Below are positions 30,990 to 40,625 of a stretch of DNA of 64,000 nt, piece after piece. The position numbers were made by a program, and so were the translations under genes. The stretch lies in sequence record NZ_CP040393.1, one strand, 5' to 3'. The DNA comes from a plasmid. Position 1 is the stretch's first letter. Each line of letters opens with the position of its first letter. The notes below the pieces were generated by a model. It saw only the letters and a list, made by a program, of their open reading frames with translations, was not told the DNA's origin and did not search any database.

Positions 30990-32663
30990 TCAGACCCGGA
31001 AGGTTTCCACCATTCCCCGAAGCGCGTGGGCCTGCTCTGAAAGCGACTGTGACGCTGACGAGGATTCTTCAACCAGCGCCGCATTATTCTGCGTGACCCC
31101 GTCCATCTGGTTTACCGCAATGCTGACCTGCGAAATTCCCTGCATCTGTTCTGACGAGGCCTGAGAAATGTTGTCCATGGCTTCCGCGAGCTCGCCTACC
31201 ATACCGACAATTTTAAGGATGCTCTGACCTGTACCTGCAGCCACTTCCACACCACTTTCCACCTGCTCAACAGCCTGCTCAATCAGATGCTTGATGTCCC
31301 GTGCGGCGGTGGCGCTGCGCTGGGCAAGCGTCCTGACCTCACCGGCAACCACGGCAAAGCCCCGTCCCTCTTCACCGGCCCGGGCAGCTTCCACTGCAGC
31401 GTTGAGGGCAAGAATGTTCGTCTGGAAGGCAATACTCTCGATGACGGAGGTGATATCCCTTACCTTTGTCGCGCTCTGTGAGATGGTGTTCATGGTTTCC
31501 GACATACGATGCATGTCTGCTTGTCCTGCGCGCGCAAGCGATGCCGTGTCGCGGGCTGACTCTGCAGTCTGCTGCGCGCCTGTTGTGTTGCTTTTCACCG
31601 TGGCGGTGAGTTGCTCCATGCTGGCGGCCGTTTCCTGCAGGGCGGCGGCCTGCTGTTCCGTGCGGGAGGACAACTCCGTATTACCCTGCGCAATCTCGTC
31701 TGCCGCCATTGCCACAGACGCGGCTGAATCTTTAATCTGCGACACCAGTTCGCGCAGGTTCGTCTGCATGCCATCGAGCGATGCCATCAGACTGGTCGTG
31801 TCGTTGCGGCCCAGAATTACCGGAGTTGTCAGGTCACCCGCAGCGATGGTAGCCGCAAGCGCCTGTGCCTGTCCTGGCTCTCCGCCCAGTTGACGCATCA
31901 GCCCCCGGATGATGAAGAAACAGGTACCTGCAGCCACAAGCACCGATGCAGCTGTAAGCCACAGCATTATCAGTGACGCACGGTCAGTCGCCTTGCTGTT
32001 CTGCTCAACGGCGGACCAGGTACTTTTCATCTGAATTTGCGTCATATCGCTCAGGGCTGTCAGCAGGATATTCTGCGCCGGGCGCGTAACATTCATGAGG
32101 TAATCGGTGGCTTCCTGTGCCTGGTTAGCCAGCCCGAGCCGTCCGGCCTGCTCCAGCGCAGACAGCGCCGGGCCTTCAGCTGCTGCTATCCGGCTTAATA
32201 AATCGCGCTCCTGGGGCGTTGAGTCCGTTTTCATCATTTCACCCAGAGCCCGCCGGTTCTCGACATACAAATCTTTCTGCTTCACGAGGCGTTCCCATTC
32301 CGGTTTCATGGCCTGAGCTTCAGTAAGTAGCGCCAGGTTTCGGACTGCTATGCCCATATCACGCAGGCCACCACGCATATCCAGTATCAGCTGATACTTT
32401 TTCATTTTAACATTGACGGCGTCATCCATGCCGTCGCTGGCCTTGTTGAGCCCGTTAAGGGCGATACCGGTACAAATCATAAAAAGCAGGATAAGCAGAC
32501 CAAACCCTGATGCAAGCCGCGCAGATATTTTCATATATATTCTCAATGTGTGAAAAAAATTAATCCATGGTTTCATTTTTGTTATCGGCATGAGCGGGGA
32601 AAAATACAGTACCTGTGGTAACTCGCACGCAGGAAGGAGAGGGGACACAGTGTAAACCGACAC
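30990..32663 (-). CDS. Methyl-accepting chemotaxis protein (557 aa)
   Basis: Two N-terminal TM segments, a HAMP region, and the conserved MCP signalling domain (...NILALNAAVEAARAGEEGRGFAVVAGEVRTLAQRSA...). Confidence 0.8.
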   Translation of the reverse strand: MSVYTVSPLLPACELPQVLYFSPLMPITKMKPWINFFHTLRIYMKISARLASGFGLLILLFMICTGIALNGLNKASDGMDDAVNVKMKKYQLILDMRGGLRDMGIAVRNLALLTEAQAMKPEWERLVKQKDLYVENRRALGEMMKTDSTPQERDLLSRIAAAEGPALSALEQAGRLGLANQAQEATDYLMNVTRPAQNILLTALSDMTQIQMKSTWSAVEQNSKATDRASLIMLWLTAASVLVAAGTCFFIIRGLMRQLGGEPGQAQALAATIAAGDLTTPVILGRNDTTSLMASLDGMQTNLRELVSQIKDSAASVAMAADEIAQGNTELSSRTEQQAAALQETAASMEQLTATVKSNTTGAQQTAESARDTASLARAGQADMHRMSETMNTISQSATKVRDITSVIESIAFQTNILALNAAVEAARAGEEGRGFAVVAGEVRTLAQRSATAARDIKHLIEQAVEQVESGVEVAAGTGQSILKIVGMVGELAEAMDNISQASSEQMQGISQVSIAVNQMDGVTQNNAALVEESSSASQSLSEQAHALRGMVETFRV

Positions 32664-32789
32664 GTTTTCTTCCTCCGGTGTCAGATAACATGTAAAGCCC
32701 CACTGAATTAACGCAAAAGAGCGCTGATGTTCATAAAAAAGAGGGAAACCTGACGCTATTCAGTTGAGAGCGAACTCAGTAATAGCGTA

Positions 32790-32945
32790 GAGTCCACAGG
32801 CGCGTTTCTGGCGTACTTTTTCGGGTGGTTTGTTGCTGTTTTCACCGGGGATGCGTCAGAAATGCGTTCTGCTGCTTTTTGTGGTGCGTACAATTTTGGG
32901 GGTTATGGTAATTTTCTGAAGTCATGTCCGCTGTGAGCGAGGAAC
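32790..32945 (+). repeat. ~150-bp structured repeat, copy B
   Basis: See copy A at 26941..27100. Confidence 0.5.
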
Positions 32946-33111
32946 GGAAATACAGCAAATGATGTAAGTGATTTTCATGATACAGAGGCAGTAATTATGT
33001 CAAACGCATCAATTGACCAACGCTTTTATTGAACTGATACCGCCCGTCAGACGATCCTGCCTGAATATGTGCGCAGGATCGTCTATCAGCATTGGGGAAG
33101 TATATTAGCGA

Positions 33112-33501
33112 CTATCGCGTCTCGTGGTAAACCGCCTCTATGTTGTACCCATCAGGATCAAGGATGAACGCGGCGTAATATCCAGGGTGATAATGGGGCC
33201 TGTAACCCGGCGCACCATTATCTTTTCCACCGGCCTGGAGGGCGACACGGTGGAATGCCTCAACTTCCTCTTTGTTTTTTGCATTGAAGGCAAGATGCAT
33301 CCGGGGTGTGGAGGGAGTGCCCTGTGTTAACCAGAACGCACCACCAGGATCTCGCCCTTCATCGAGTTGGGCGGGACCAAAACCTACCGCCTTGCCCGGA
33401 AATTCAAGCCGGATAATATGACCAAGACTGGCAAGAACACTTGTGTAAAATTGCTTACTGACTTCAAGATTTATGACGTTGAATCCGGTGTGGTCAATCA
33501 T
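33112..33501 (-). CDS. Glyoxalase/bleomycin-resistance (VOC) family protein
   Basis: 129 aa. N-terminus IDHTGFNV, with HLAF and GY.NIEAV at the C-terminus, as in VOC-fold proteins. Confidence 0.7.
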   Translation of the reverse strand: MIDHTGFNVINLEVSKQFYTSVLASLGHIIRLEFPGKAVGFGPAQLDEGRDPGGAFWLTQGTPSTPRMHLAFNAKNKEEVEAFHRVALQAGGKDNGAPGYRPHYHPGYYAAFILDPDGYNIEAVYHETR

Positions 33502-33778
33502 GTTTTTACTCCCGTCAGCAAAGAAGAATATTCAGTAAAACATTCAACCATCGGGTGAAGTTTGATTTGGTATAAGAACTGGTGATTGTGTCTGTTCTTT
33601 TCCTGTGTAAAACGATCCTCGCAGAGCCGGTATGTTTGTTCTCTATTGATTCTCGCGCAGATATTTGTATGGTCCGCTTTGGCACTTAGCTGCCATAAGA
33701 CGGTCAAACAACTCAGAGGACATTTCTGTCTCGCGATAAAGGTGCCTTTTCTGCTTTGCGTTGACAGGAGAAGAGGCT

Positions 33779-33937
33779 ATGAAGCTGACACCGAACTCTT
33801 TCATCTGGTGCGTTCTGATAGTGTGTCTCACACTGCTGATATTCACCTGGCTGACGCGAAAATCGCTCTGCGAAATTCGCTACAGAGACGGAAGCAGGGA
33901 GGTGGCCGCTTTGATGGCTTACGAATCCGGTAAGTAG
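33779..33937 (+). CDS. hok: Hok/Gef-family membrane toxin (52 aa). The overlapping mok-like frame is the ORF 33586..33933
   Basis: [52 protein letters not shown] is a near-canonical Hok sequence. This is the flm/hok-sok position in an F-like leading region. Confidence 0.85.
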   Translation: MKLTPNSFIWCVLIVCLTLLIFTWLTRKSLCEIRYRDGSREVAALMAYESGK

Positions 33938-34462
33938 CAACCTGGAGGCGGGGGCAACCCCGCCTTTTCAGGGCTGATGCGTTCTGGCATGGCCGAAAGC
34001 GCCTTTACAAGGGGCTGTCAGTGTCCGCTGGCAGCCCCCTTTTTTTCCGGTGCGATCGCACGCATGAACACCCGGAAGGGCTGTTCCCCTCCGGGGAACG
34101 GGGGAAGGGCGGATGCGCCTGCGGCGCGCCCGCTTTACTCCCTTCGCTTTCCCGTCCGCTCCTCATACATCTCCGGCGTCTCCAGTTGCTCGATGGCCAG
34201 CAGAATTCCCGTGTGATGTTCTTCTGTCGCCACCATGATTTGCCAGTAAAGCCGTTTAAGCTGGTACACCAGCTGCGCACGGTCAGTTTCTGCGCCGTTG
34301 CCGGCCAGCATCAGGCAGCACTGGCCCACTATCCGGCAGGTTTCGTCGTAAAACGCTTCTTCTGCATCATCTTCGGTTTCATCTTCTGACATGAGAATGC
34401 TCCCGGTTGTGCGTTTTTTGCTCACAGGCAGCATACATCAGAACACCATAAACACCACAGCT

Positions 34463-34984
34463 CTGGCCCCCTCCGGCTCCCCGTCCGTTCCGGCCGGGTC
34501 GTCGAGCCACACTCCGCTAACCCGGCGGCAGGCCGCCGGCTAAGCTCCGCCGAACCCGCGAAAAGATGCGGTTTCGGGCTGTTCGCTAGTGTCTGAGGGC
34601 TGAAGGTCAACGGCCCGCCTGCTGCGACCTGCCGGTCGCGCCGCTGTCACCGCCCCGGCGCAGCCGGGGCTTTAAGGGCGACCCGGCGGTGTGACGCTGC
34701 CGGGTCGGGTGTGTGCATTCTGTCCGTCCGGTGATGTCCATCGCCCCGGTCGTCCCCTGCGGAGGGCTTTTCGTAGCACCGTTCGCCCGGAAAACACCAG
34801 GGTGAAGTGCACGCGCAGGCGCGCCCTGGTCTTTTCCGTTCGCCCGTCGCTACTCTGCCCTTCGCCGCAGAGGAACTCACCGGGGAGATGGATTAACCAT
34901 CACCACAAGGGGAAAAGCAGAATGCACACACACAACGTCAACGTCAAAACCGCCACAGAAGAATCTTCCAGGAAGATGGGGGTT
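34463..34984 (+). repeat. Repeat R2 (copy of R1), candidate Frpo/ssi-type element
   Basis: Over 95% identical to R1 and R3 across ~500 bp. Confidence 0.7.
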
Positions 34985-35239
34985 AAAAACCCGTCACCTT
35001 TACTCATCCTGCTCGCTGAAGGTGAGAAAAACTCACAGGCGGAATGGGACGTCATGGAGTTTGGCTCCCTGGCTGCGCTTAAAGACTATCGCCGGAGCTT
35101 CCCGGAAAAAATGAAGGGGCTTTATCACTACATCGTCAGTGCGGGTGTGGATAAAGACTTTCACCACGTGGAAGTGGTTGCGGCTGACCATTTTAAACAG
35201 TTCGTGCGCCAGATAGCGCGCATGGGGATCACCATTTAA
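34922..35239 (+). CDS. Small ORF (105 aa) starting inside repeat R2. It has the shared N-terminus and a unique C-terminal domain
   Basis: Same start and RBS as the 20562 and 37917 ORFs. It diverges after MHTHNVNVKTATEESSRKMG. Confidence 0.45.
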   Translation: MHTHNVNVKTATEESSRKMGVKNPSPLLILLAEGEKNSQAEWDVMEFGSLAALKDYRRSFPEKMKGLYHYIVSAGVDKDFHHVEVVAADHFKQFVRQIARMGITI

Positions 35240-35313
35240 CACGGTGCCGCCCTTCCGGGCGGCTGATTTAACACCCCTGCGGCGGTTATCTGCCGCCACA
35301 GCCTAAAGGAAAA

Positions 35314-35805
35314 ATGACCATGACTACATACACCGCCACCGACGCAGAACAGGCGTTCATTGCCGACGATCCTCTGGTGTTTGTGAACACCACCACCGGC
35401 AAACAACTCAGCTATGCCATCGCCATTACTGGCATTGATGAGCCTGTTTCTTTCAGCAGTTTTGAAACGCTCAGCCAGTTGCAACAGCGCACCCCTGAAC
35501 TGGCACTGATGCCAGAATCAGCCGCACAGGCGCTGCGTCCCACACCGCACCACCTGCCGTGGACGGAAATCACGGCTCAACGGTTCAGCGAACTGGCCGC
35601 CAGCGCCTGCCCGTTGCAGATCGGGCAGGGAGTCGGCGGGTGTGAAGCGTTTATGACTCCGGCAGCGGTCGCCGGGAACGTGGCACATTATTGCGCGAAG
35701 TATGAGGGGCGTTTTTTCGAGTGCCGGGATGATGCCTCGCTGAACACCCGCATGATCCTGGCGGGTATCCGCAGCGGCTTCTTTAGCGGCAATAAGGCCG
35801 CTTAA
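35314..35805 (+). CDS. Hypothetical leading-region protein (163 aa), paralog of 35879..36346
   Basis: Shared pattern LPWxEIT..R(F/Y)S...E.......W...GSCE(A/S)F..P...........A.(Y/F)(E/R)GRFFECRD. Confidence 0.5.
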   Translation: MTMTTYTATDAEQAFIADDPLVFVNTTTGKQLSYAIAITGIDEPVSFSSFETLSQLQQRTPELALMPESAAQALRPTPHHLPWTEITAQRFSELAASACPLQIGQGVGGCEAFMTPAAVAGNVAHYCAKYEGRFFECRDDASLNTRMILAGIRSGFFSGNKAA

Positions 35806-35878
35806 GACAGTACAGGGCTGAAAAGCCCTGAAAACTTAACCCGGCGGCATCACGCCGCCTTATGCAGGAGAAATACCG

Positions 35879-36346
35879 ATGTCACCACTTGAAGAAGCAC
35901 TCCGTCCGACCGAAATGGCTTTTTTTCAGGTCTCCCGTTCACGTATATGGGATTACGCCGTGTTATCCGGCGGGGAATGGCGCTCAAAATTCGGCGGTAA
36001 AACGCTGGCGCAGATGCGCGAGGACATGCCCGATATGGAGCTTATCGCCACCGCCGAAGCGGTACAACGCCAGAACGAGGGGCACCGGCTGCCCTGGGAG
36101 GAAATCACCGGAGAGCGTTACAGCGATCAGCTGGAGATGTTGCCGCCAGTGCACTGGCGCACGTGGGGAAGTTGTGAATCCTTCAAGTCACCGGAACGCT
36201 ATTCCGCAGACGTAACCCGCATTTTTGCGCAGTTCCGGGGGCGCTTCTTTGAGTGCCGCGATCTCGTCACCCTGACGCCGCAGGAGATTTATGAAAGCAT
36301 CCTGAGCGCCTTTTTTGCCGGGGATTCGGTAAATTCCGGGCAGTAA
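35879..36346 (+). CDS. Hypothetical leading-region protein (155 aa), paralog of 35314..35805
   Basis: See 35314..35805. A stem-loop follows the stop. Confidence 0.5.
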   Translation: MSPLEEALRPTEMAFFQVSRSRIWDYAVLSGGEWRSKFGGKTLAQMREDMPDMELIATAEAVQRQNEGHRLPWEEITGERYSDQLEMLPPVHWRTWGSCESFKSPERYSADVTRIFAQFRGRFFECRDLVTLTPQEIYESILSAFFAGDSVNSGQ

Positions 36347-36429
36347 AAAAGCAGGGCAAAGCCCTGCTTAATCACGGATGGCACGGACCAGGTGCCGTCC
36401 TTATCAAAACAGATGGAGGATGAATTCCA

Positions 36430-36629
36430 TGATAGTTGACCCGCAGACTGTCGCACAGGCGACGGCGTTTGTAAATGCCATCCGGGCAGGAAAGCCCGCC
36501 CGTATTCCGGCAATGTCGTTCAGCCGCTGGCAGGAGTTTATGGCGGCGGTCGATGCCAGAACAGGCTACGCCCGTGAGGCTGATGCAGGGCTGGGGGGCA
36601 GTGTTTACCCGGCGCTGGGGCTGGCATAA
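36430..36629 (+). CDS. Small hypothetical protein (66 aa; the annotated ORF extends upstream to 36378)
   Basis: A ggagga RBS is well placed before the ATG at 36430. The upstream extension is Arg-rich and looks non-coding. Confidence 0.4.
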
Positions 36630-36674
36630 CGGAGGCTGGCCGCCCTGGCGGGCGGCCTTTTAAATGAGGTCAGT

Positions 36675-36917
36675 ATGAATACAGAACCGATGCGTCATAG
36701 TCCCGATCCCCGCCGGTGGTGCCGCGAGGTAATAGTCTCCTTCCGTCAGCATCTTGCCGCCGGAGTGAATGAAGCAGAGTACAACGTGGCCTGTGATGAG
36801 CAGGCCTGCCATCACTATGACGAAACACCCTCCACCATCTTCCGCCTTCGCCTGGTCTGCGGCGGATTTGTGGCAGGCTTCATGCGGTCAGTGCGGCGCA
36901 GGGGTGGTCAGGCATGA
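36675..36917 (+). CDS. Small hypothetical protein (80 aa)
   Basis: The ORF is translationally coupled (atga overlap) to the next gene. Confidence 0.4.
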   Translation: MNTEPMRHSPDPRRWCREVIVSFRQHLAAGVNEAEYNVACDEQACHHYDETPSTIFRLRLVCGGFVAGFMRSVRRRGGQA

Positions 36918-37240
36918 AAGCACACAAAACACCGGACACGATCCCCGTAATGGCGTTGCAGGACATTGCCGCGCTGCTGCCTGTGCACGAATTCCCGGTC
37001 CGGCTCTCCAGCCGGTCGCAGTGCGCGGCACTGGCTGCGGAAGCGCTGTGGCTGTTTGCGCAGCGTACCGGGCTTTCGCAGGAGGGTGAAACGCTTGATA
37101 CGCTGCTGGTCGATTTTCTGGCAGATGTGCTGCACCTTTGCCGCCATGCCGGGATCACAGCAAACATGGCAGACGACATGGCGCAGCTGATGGCCATCGC
37201 AGAGATGCACCACGAATCGGATGACTATCCGGACGACTGA
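36914..37240 (+). CDS. Small acidic hypothetical protein (108 aa)
   Basis: Acidic C-terminus. It lies in the leading-region gene string. Confidence 0.45.
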   Translation: MKAHKTPDTIPVMALQDIAALLPVHEFPVRLSSRSQCAALAAEALWLFAQRTGLSQEGETLDTLLVDFLADVLHLCRHAGITANMADDMAQLMAIAEMHHESDDYPDD

Positions 37241-37454
37241 TGCCCGCGCCCTGAACGGCAAATGCCGGAAAGGGCGCTCCCCTCCGGGGAGCAGGGCAGG
37301 ACGGAGGCGCCTGCGGCGCGCCCGCTTTTCCCCCTCCGCCTTCGCTTACCCTGCCGCCTGGTATTGTGGCCATTCTTCATCCTGCCGATATGACTGCTGT
37401 TCAGGGGGGGCCGCTGGTTCTGGTTACCGGTGATATTCACTGACAACAGCCGGA

Positions 37455-37977
37455 ACATGGCCCCCTTCGGCTCCCCGTCCGTTCCGTCCGGGTCGTCGAG
37501 CCACACTCCGCTAAGCGGCCGCGAAGCGCCCGCCAGGCTCCGCCGAACCCGCGAAAAGATGCGGTTCCGGGCCTGACGGCTAGCGTCTGATGGCTGAAGG
37601 TCAACGGCCCGCTTGCTGCGACCGTGCCGGTCGCGCCGCTGTCACCGCCCCGGCGCAGCCGGGGCTTTAAGGGCGACCCGGCGGTGTGACGTTGCCGGGT
37701 CGGGTGTGTGCATTCTGTCCGTCCGGCGATGTCCATCGCCCCGGACGTCCCCTGCGGAGGGCTTTTCGTAGCACCGTTCGCCCGGAAAACACCAGGGTGA
37801 AGTGCACGCGCAGGCGCGCCCTGGTCTTTTCCGTTCGCCCGTCGCTACTTTGCCCTTCGCCGCAGAGGAACTCACCGGGGAGATGGATTAACCATCACCA
37901 CAAGGGGAAAAGCAGAATGCACACACACAACGTCAACGTCAAAACCGCCACAGAAGAATCTTCCAGGAAGATGGGTG
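37455..37977 (+). repeat. Repeat R3 (copy of R1), candidate Frpo/ssi-type element
   Basis: Over 95% identical to R1 and R2. Confidence 0.7.
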
Positions 37978-38231
37978 AAAAAGACACGCCCCTGACTGAC
38001 GAGCAGATCATCGAAACTTTTAACTGGGTTTTCGCCGTAACGGCTGACATGCCTGAGGCACATTGCCAGGACTTCATACCACCCGCAGGCGCGGAAGAAA
38101 TCGACGTATTTTTCGACGATGTTCCGGATTACTACACCATCTGGATTTTAAATAAATGGCCGGTTGCTGCGGCCATGCCCCTCGATTCTGTATTTCGTTT
38201 TTTACCTGACTCATTATTTTTGAGGAGATGA
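37917..38231 (+). CDS. Small ORF (104 aa) starting inside repeat R3. It has the shared N-terminus and a unique acidic C-terminal domain
   Basis: As for the 20562 and 34922 ORFs. Confidence 0.45.
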   Translation: MHTHNVNVKTATEESSRKMGEKDTPLTDEQIIETFNWVFAVTADMPEAHCQDFIPPAGAEEIDVFFDDVPDYYTIWILNKWPVAAAMPLDSVFRFLPDSLFLRR

Positions 38232-39055
38232 CTATGATTCGTTTATCCACCCGTTATGCCGCACCGACTTTTATGCGTAATACCCGCCCGCTGACCAATG
38301 ATGAGCTTTTGCGCGTTGTTCCCAGCGCGTTTTCTGTTGAAAAACACGAGTCACGCTCAGAGCGTTACACTTATATTCCGACCATTACACTACTGGATAA
38401 ATTACGGAATGAGGGGTTCCAGCCCTTTTATGCGAGCCAGTCCCGCGTGCGTGACCCTGAACGCCGTGAATATACCAAACACATGATCCGCCTGCGTCGC
38501 GGTAATAACATGAGCGGGACAGAAGTTCCGGAAATTGTTTTGCTGAACAGCCACGATGGCAGCAGCAGCTATAAAATGATCCCCGGTATTTTCCGTCAGG
38601 TCTGTACTAATGGACTGGTGTGCTGGAAATCGTTTGGGGAAATAAATGTCCCGCACAAAGGGGATATTGTTTCGCAGGTTATCGAAGGCGCTTATGAAGT
38701 GCTTGGCGTGTTCGATAAAGTTACAGACAACATGGAACAGATGAAAAGTATCCAGCTGAACAGCCCGGAACGGCAGCTGCTCGGACAGATGGCACTGGAT
38801 TATAAATATGGTGAAGGAAAAGCGCCGGTGACGGCTGAGAAAATTATCCAACCGCGCGCATGGTATGACAGGGAAACAGATTTGTGGACATCATTTAATA
38901 TTGTACAGGAGAATCTGGTCAAAGGCGGGATCTCCGGGCGAACCGCAAAAGGAAAAAGAACCACCACGCGACCAGTGACCGGCATCGATGGCGACATCAA
39001 ACTTAATCAGGCACTCTGGAAAATGGCGGAAGAGTTTGCAAAACTTAAAAGCTGA
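38228..39055 (+). CDS. DUF932-like conserved leading-region protein (275 aa)
   Basis: It lies next to oriT/gene X, as in F-like plasmids. The domain assignment rests on recalled family features and is weak. Confidence 0.5.
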   Translation: MTMIRLSTRYAAPTFMRNTRPLTNDELLRVVPSAFSVEKHESRSERYTYIPTITLLDKLRNEGFQPFYASQSRVRDPERREYTKHMIRLRRGNNMSGTEVPEIVLLNSHDGSSSYKMIPGIFRQVCTNGLVCWKSFGEINVPHKGDIVSQVIEGAYEVLGVFDKVTDNMEQMKSIQLNSPERQLLGQMALDYKYGEGKAPVTAEKIIQPRAWYDRETDLWTSFNIVQENLVKGGISGRTAKGKRTTTRPVTGIDGDIKLNQALWKMAEEFAKLKS

Positions 39056-39057
39056 AT

Positions 39058-39086
39058 AAAAAACCCGGTTCGCCGGGTTTTTTATT
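39058..39086. terminator. Bidirectional rho-independent terminator
   Basis: aaaaacccggttcgccgggtttttt lies between convergent genes. Confidence 0.7.
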
Positions 39087-39087
39087 T

Positions 39088-39654
39088 TTAATCCTGCACT
39101 GGCAAAGGGGAAGTGTCTCTTTTCGCCAGCTCATCTTTTTTCTGTAAAGCAGAACGCTGCTCAAGAATATCCCTCCTTGCCAGCAAAACACGGTAAATGT
39201 TCTTCACCGATTGTGCGTAGGAACGCCTCTGGGCGATCAGCTTTTTCGCCGGGCCTGTATTATACATTCCGACGCTGTCCCAGTTTTTCCCGTATGACCT
39301 GAAGTTATGTGCTAATACCCATGCGCCCGTATAAACACAAATACACGGATCATTGAGCAAATCTGATCGCGTAATATTAAATTCACGCAACTTCCCGTAA
39401 TGCGAGCTGTTGACCTGCATTCCGCAGACATCTTCAGATCCGTTTCTGTTGGCTTTATTTATCGCCCCTGGCTGTAAGCGGCTTTCCTTAATCGATATTG
39501 ACATGAGCAACAGGGGATCAATGCCATAATCATAGCCAGCTTTATCAAAACACATTTGAGGTGCTGCACTGCATGACATTGTCATGCTGAGCAGAAGATA
39601 CAGCAGTTTATTCATTTTCTGTGCCTTTGCAGTATACGCAACGGTAGTGACCAT
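39088..39654 (-). CDS. Lytic transglycosylase, the gene X / orf169 homologue of F-like plasmids (the likely start is MNKLL at ~39615)
   Basis: Signal peptide followed by SLT-domain motifs (ISIKESRLQPGA..., GMQVNS, YNTG). Confidence 0.85.
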   Translation of the reverse strand: MVTTVAYTAKAQKMNKLLYLLLSMTMSCSAAPQMCFDKAGYDYGIDPLLLMSISIKESRLQPGAINKANRNGSEDVCGMQVNSSHYGKLREFNITRSDLLNDPCICVYTGAWVLAHNFRSYGKNWDSVGMYNTGPAKKLIAQRRSYAQSVKNIYRVLLARRDILEQRSALQKKDELAKRDTSPLPVQD

Positions 39655-39699
39655 AGAGCGCTCATTTAAAAAATACCCCCGGCGATCATTTAAATCAAG

Positions 39700-40185
39700 A
39701 ACACCTCTTACAAACGCGCAGAGGGCGCTTCTGTGATGCGTTTCAGCTCGATCCAGAATAACAATCAGATCCTCTTACCCTTTATTTTTTGCCGCTCTTT
39801 ACTGAACATATAAAACATGACACCCCACGCAAGACTTCGTCTTGCAGTTTTTGTTTGTGGAATCAGGTGGTTATTCTGTAAAAATTGTGCCGGTTCTGGA
39901 ATAAAATCAAAAACATCACACAATGCGACACTATATTGTGCGACATATGTGTTACCTGTTAGTGTTGGTTTGTCGCAGGTATATCGTACAGTTGTGGATA
40001 TTCTCTTAAATCAGTAAACTGCATATCACACAGTGTCACACTGTCGCACAAATATCGCACATAACTACTACTGTATAAGCCAGATTTAATACATCCAGCG
40101 TAAAAGCCCACTCCGACCGGGGCCGGGTTTTTGCCACAAAAAACAGCCGGGTAGTGTCGGTTCCGACACCAGTTAAAAACAGGAT
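39700..40185. promoter_or_regulatory. oriT region with an F-like nic motif on the minus strand. The nick is predicted between 39821 and 39820. The leading region is the lower-coordinate side
   Basis: Minus-strand ttgcGTGGGGTGT^C matches the F nic sequence gcgtggggtgt^gg. An inverted repeat gcaagacttcgtcttgc is adjacent. Repeated gcgacac/gtcgcac motifs, likely TraM sites, lie upstream of traM. Confidence 0.6.
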
Positions 40186-40190
40186 TTAAT

Positions 40191-40586
40191 ATGGGAAGAG
40201 TGGGTATTTACCTGAAGGACAAAATAGAGCGTGAAGTACGTGATATTGTCCAGATGGATTTACAGAATGGTGCCAATCCTTCTGAAGCAAACATATCAGC
40301 AACCTGCAATGAACTTATCAGACTTGGACTTCTGGTCTACAAGAAAAATGACAGCGACGGCAATAACTTTAATCTGGAAGGTTTCCGGCGGGACCTGATT
40401 AAAAAAGTTGCCGGCTCACGCGAGGGAATGATGATTCTTACCGCACTGATTTCGGAAATATACGTTGAACTGAAAGGGGACAAGGCACCGCTGAGCCTTG
40501 AGGATATGATTAATAACAATATTTCCGCGATAAATACCGCTGAGAACATGGCGGAAACACAACACTTTCTGGTCGAAGAACAATAA
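40191..40586 (+). CDS. traM: TraM relaxosome accessory protein
   Basis: 131 aa. It is the first gene after oriT. The N-terminus MGRVGIYLKDKIEREV resembles F TraM (MAKVNLYIS...). Confidence 0.75.
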   Translation: MGRVGIYLKDKIEREVRDIVQMDLQNGANPSEANISATCNELIRLGLLVYKKNDSDGNNFNLEGFRRDLIKKVAGSREGMMILTALISEIYVELKGDKAPLSLEDMINNNISAINTAENMAETQHFLVEEQ

Positions 40587-40625
40587 CCACAGTGGCCGGA
40601 AGCAACACCGGCCACACACTCTCAG

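Noticed and set aside
33643-33940. Minus-strand ORFs opposite hok/mok
   Set aside because: The region encodes the Hok toxin on the + strand, and the Sok antisense RNA is expected to be non-coding. The minus-strand ORFs are incidental.
34135-34434. 99-aa acidic minus-strand ORF just upstream of repeat R2
   Set aside because: Its orientation is opposite to all leading-region genes and it has no convincing RBS. It overlaps + strand ORFs of similar quality. It is kept only as a low-probability candidate.
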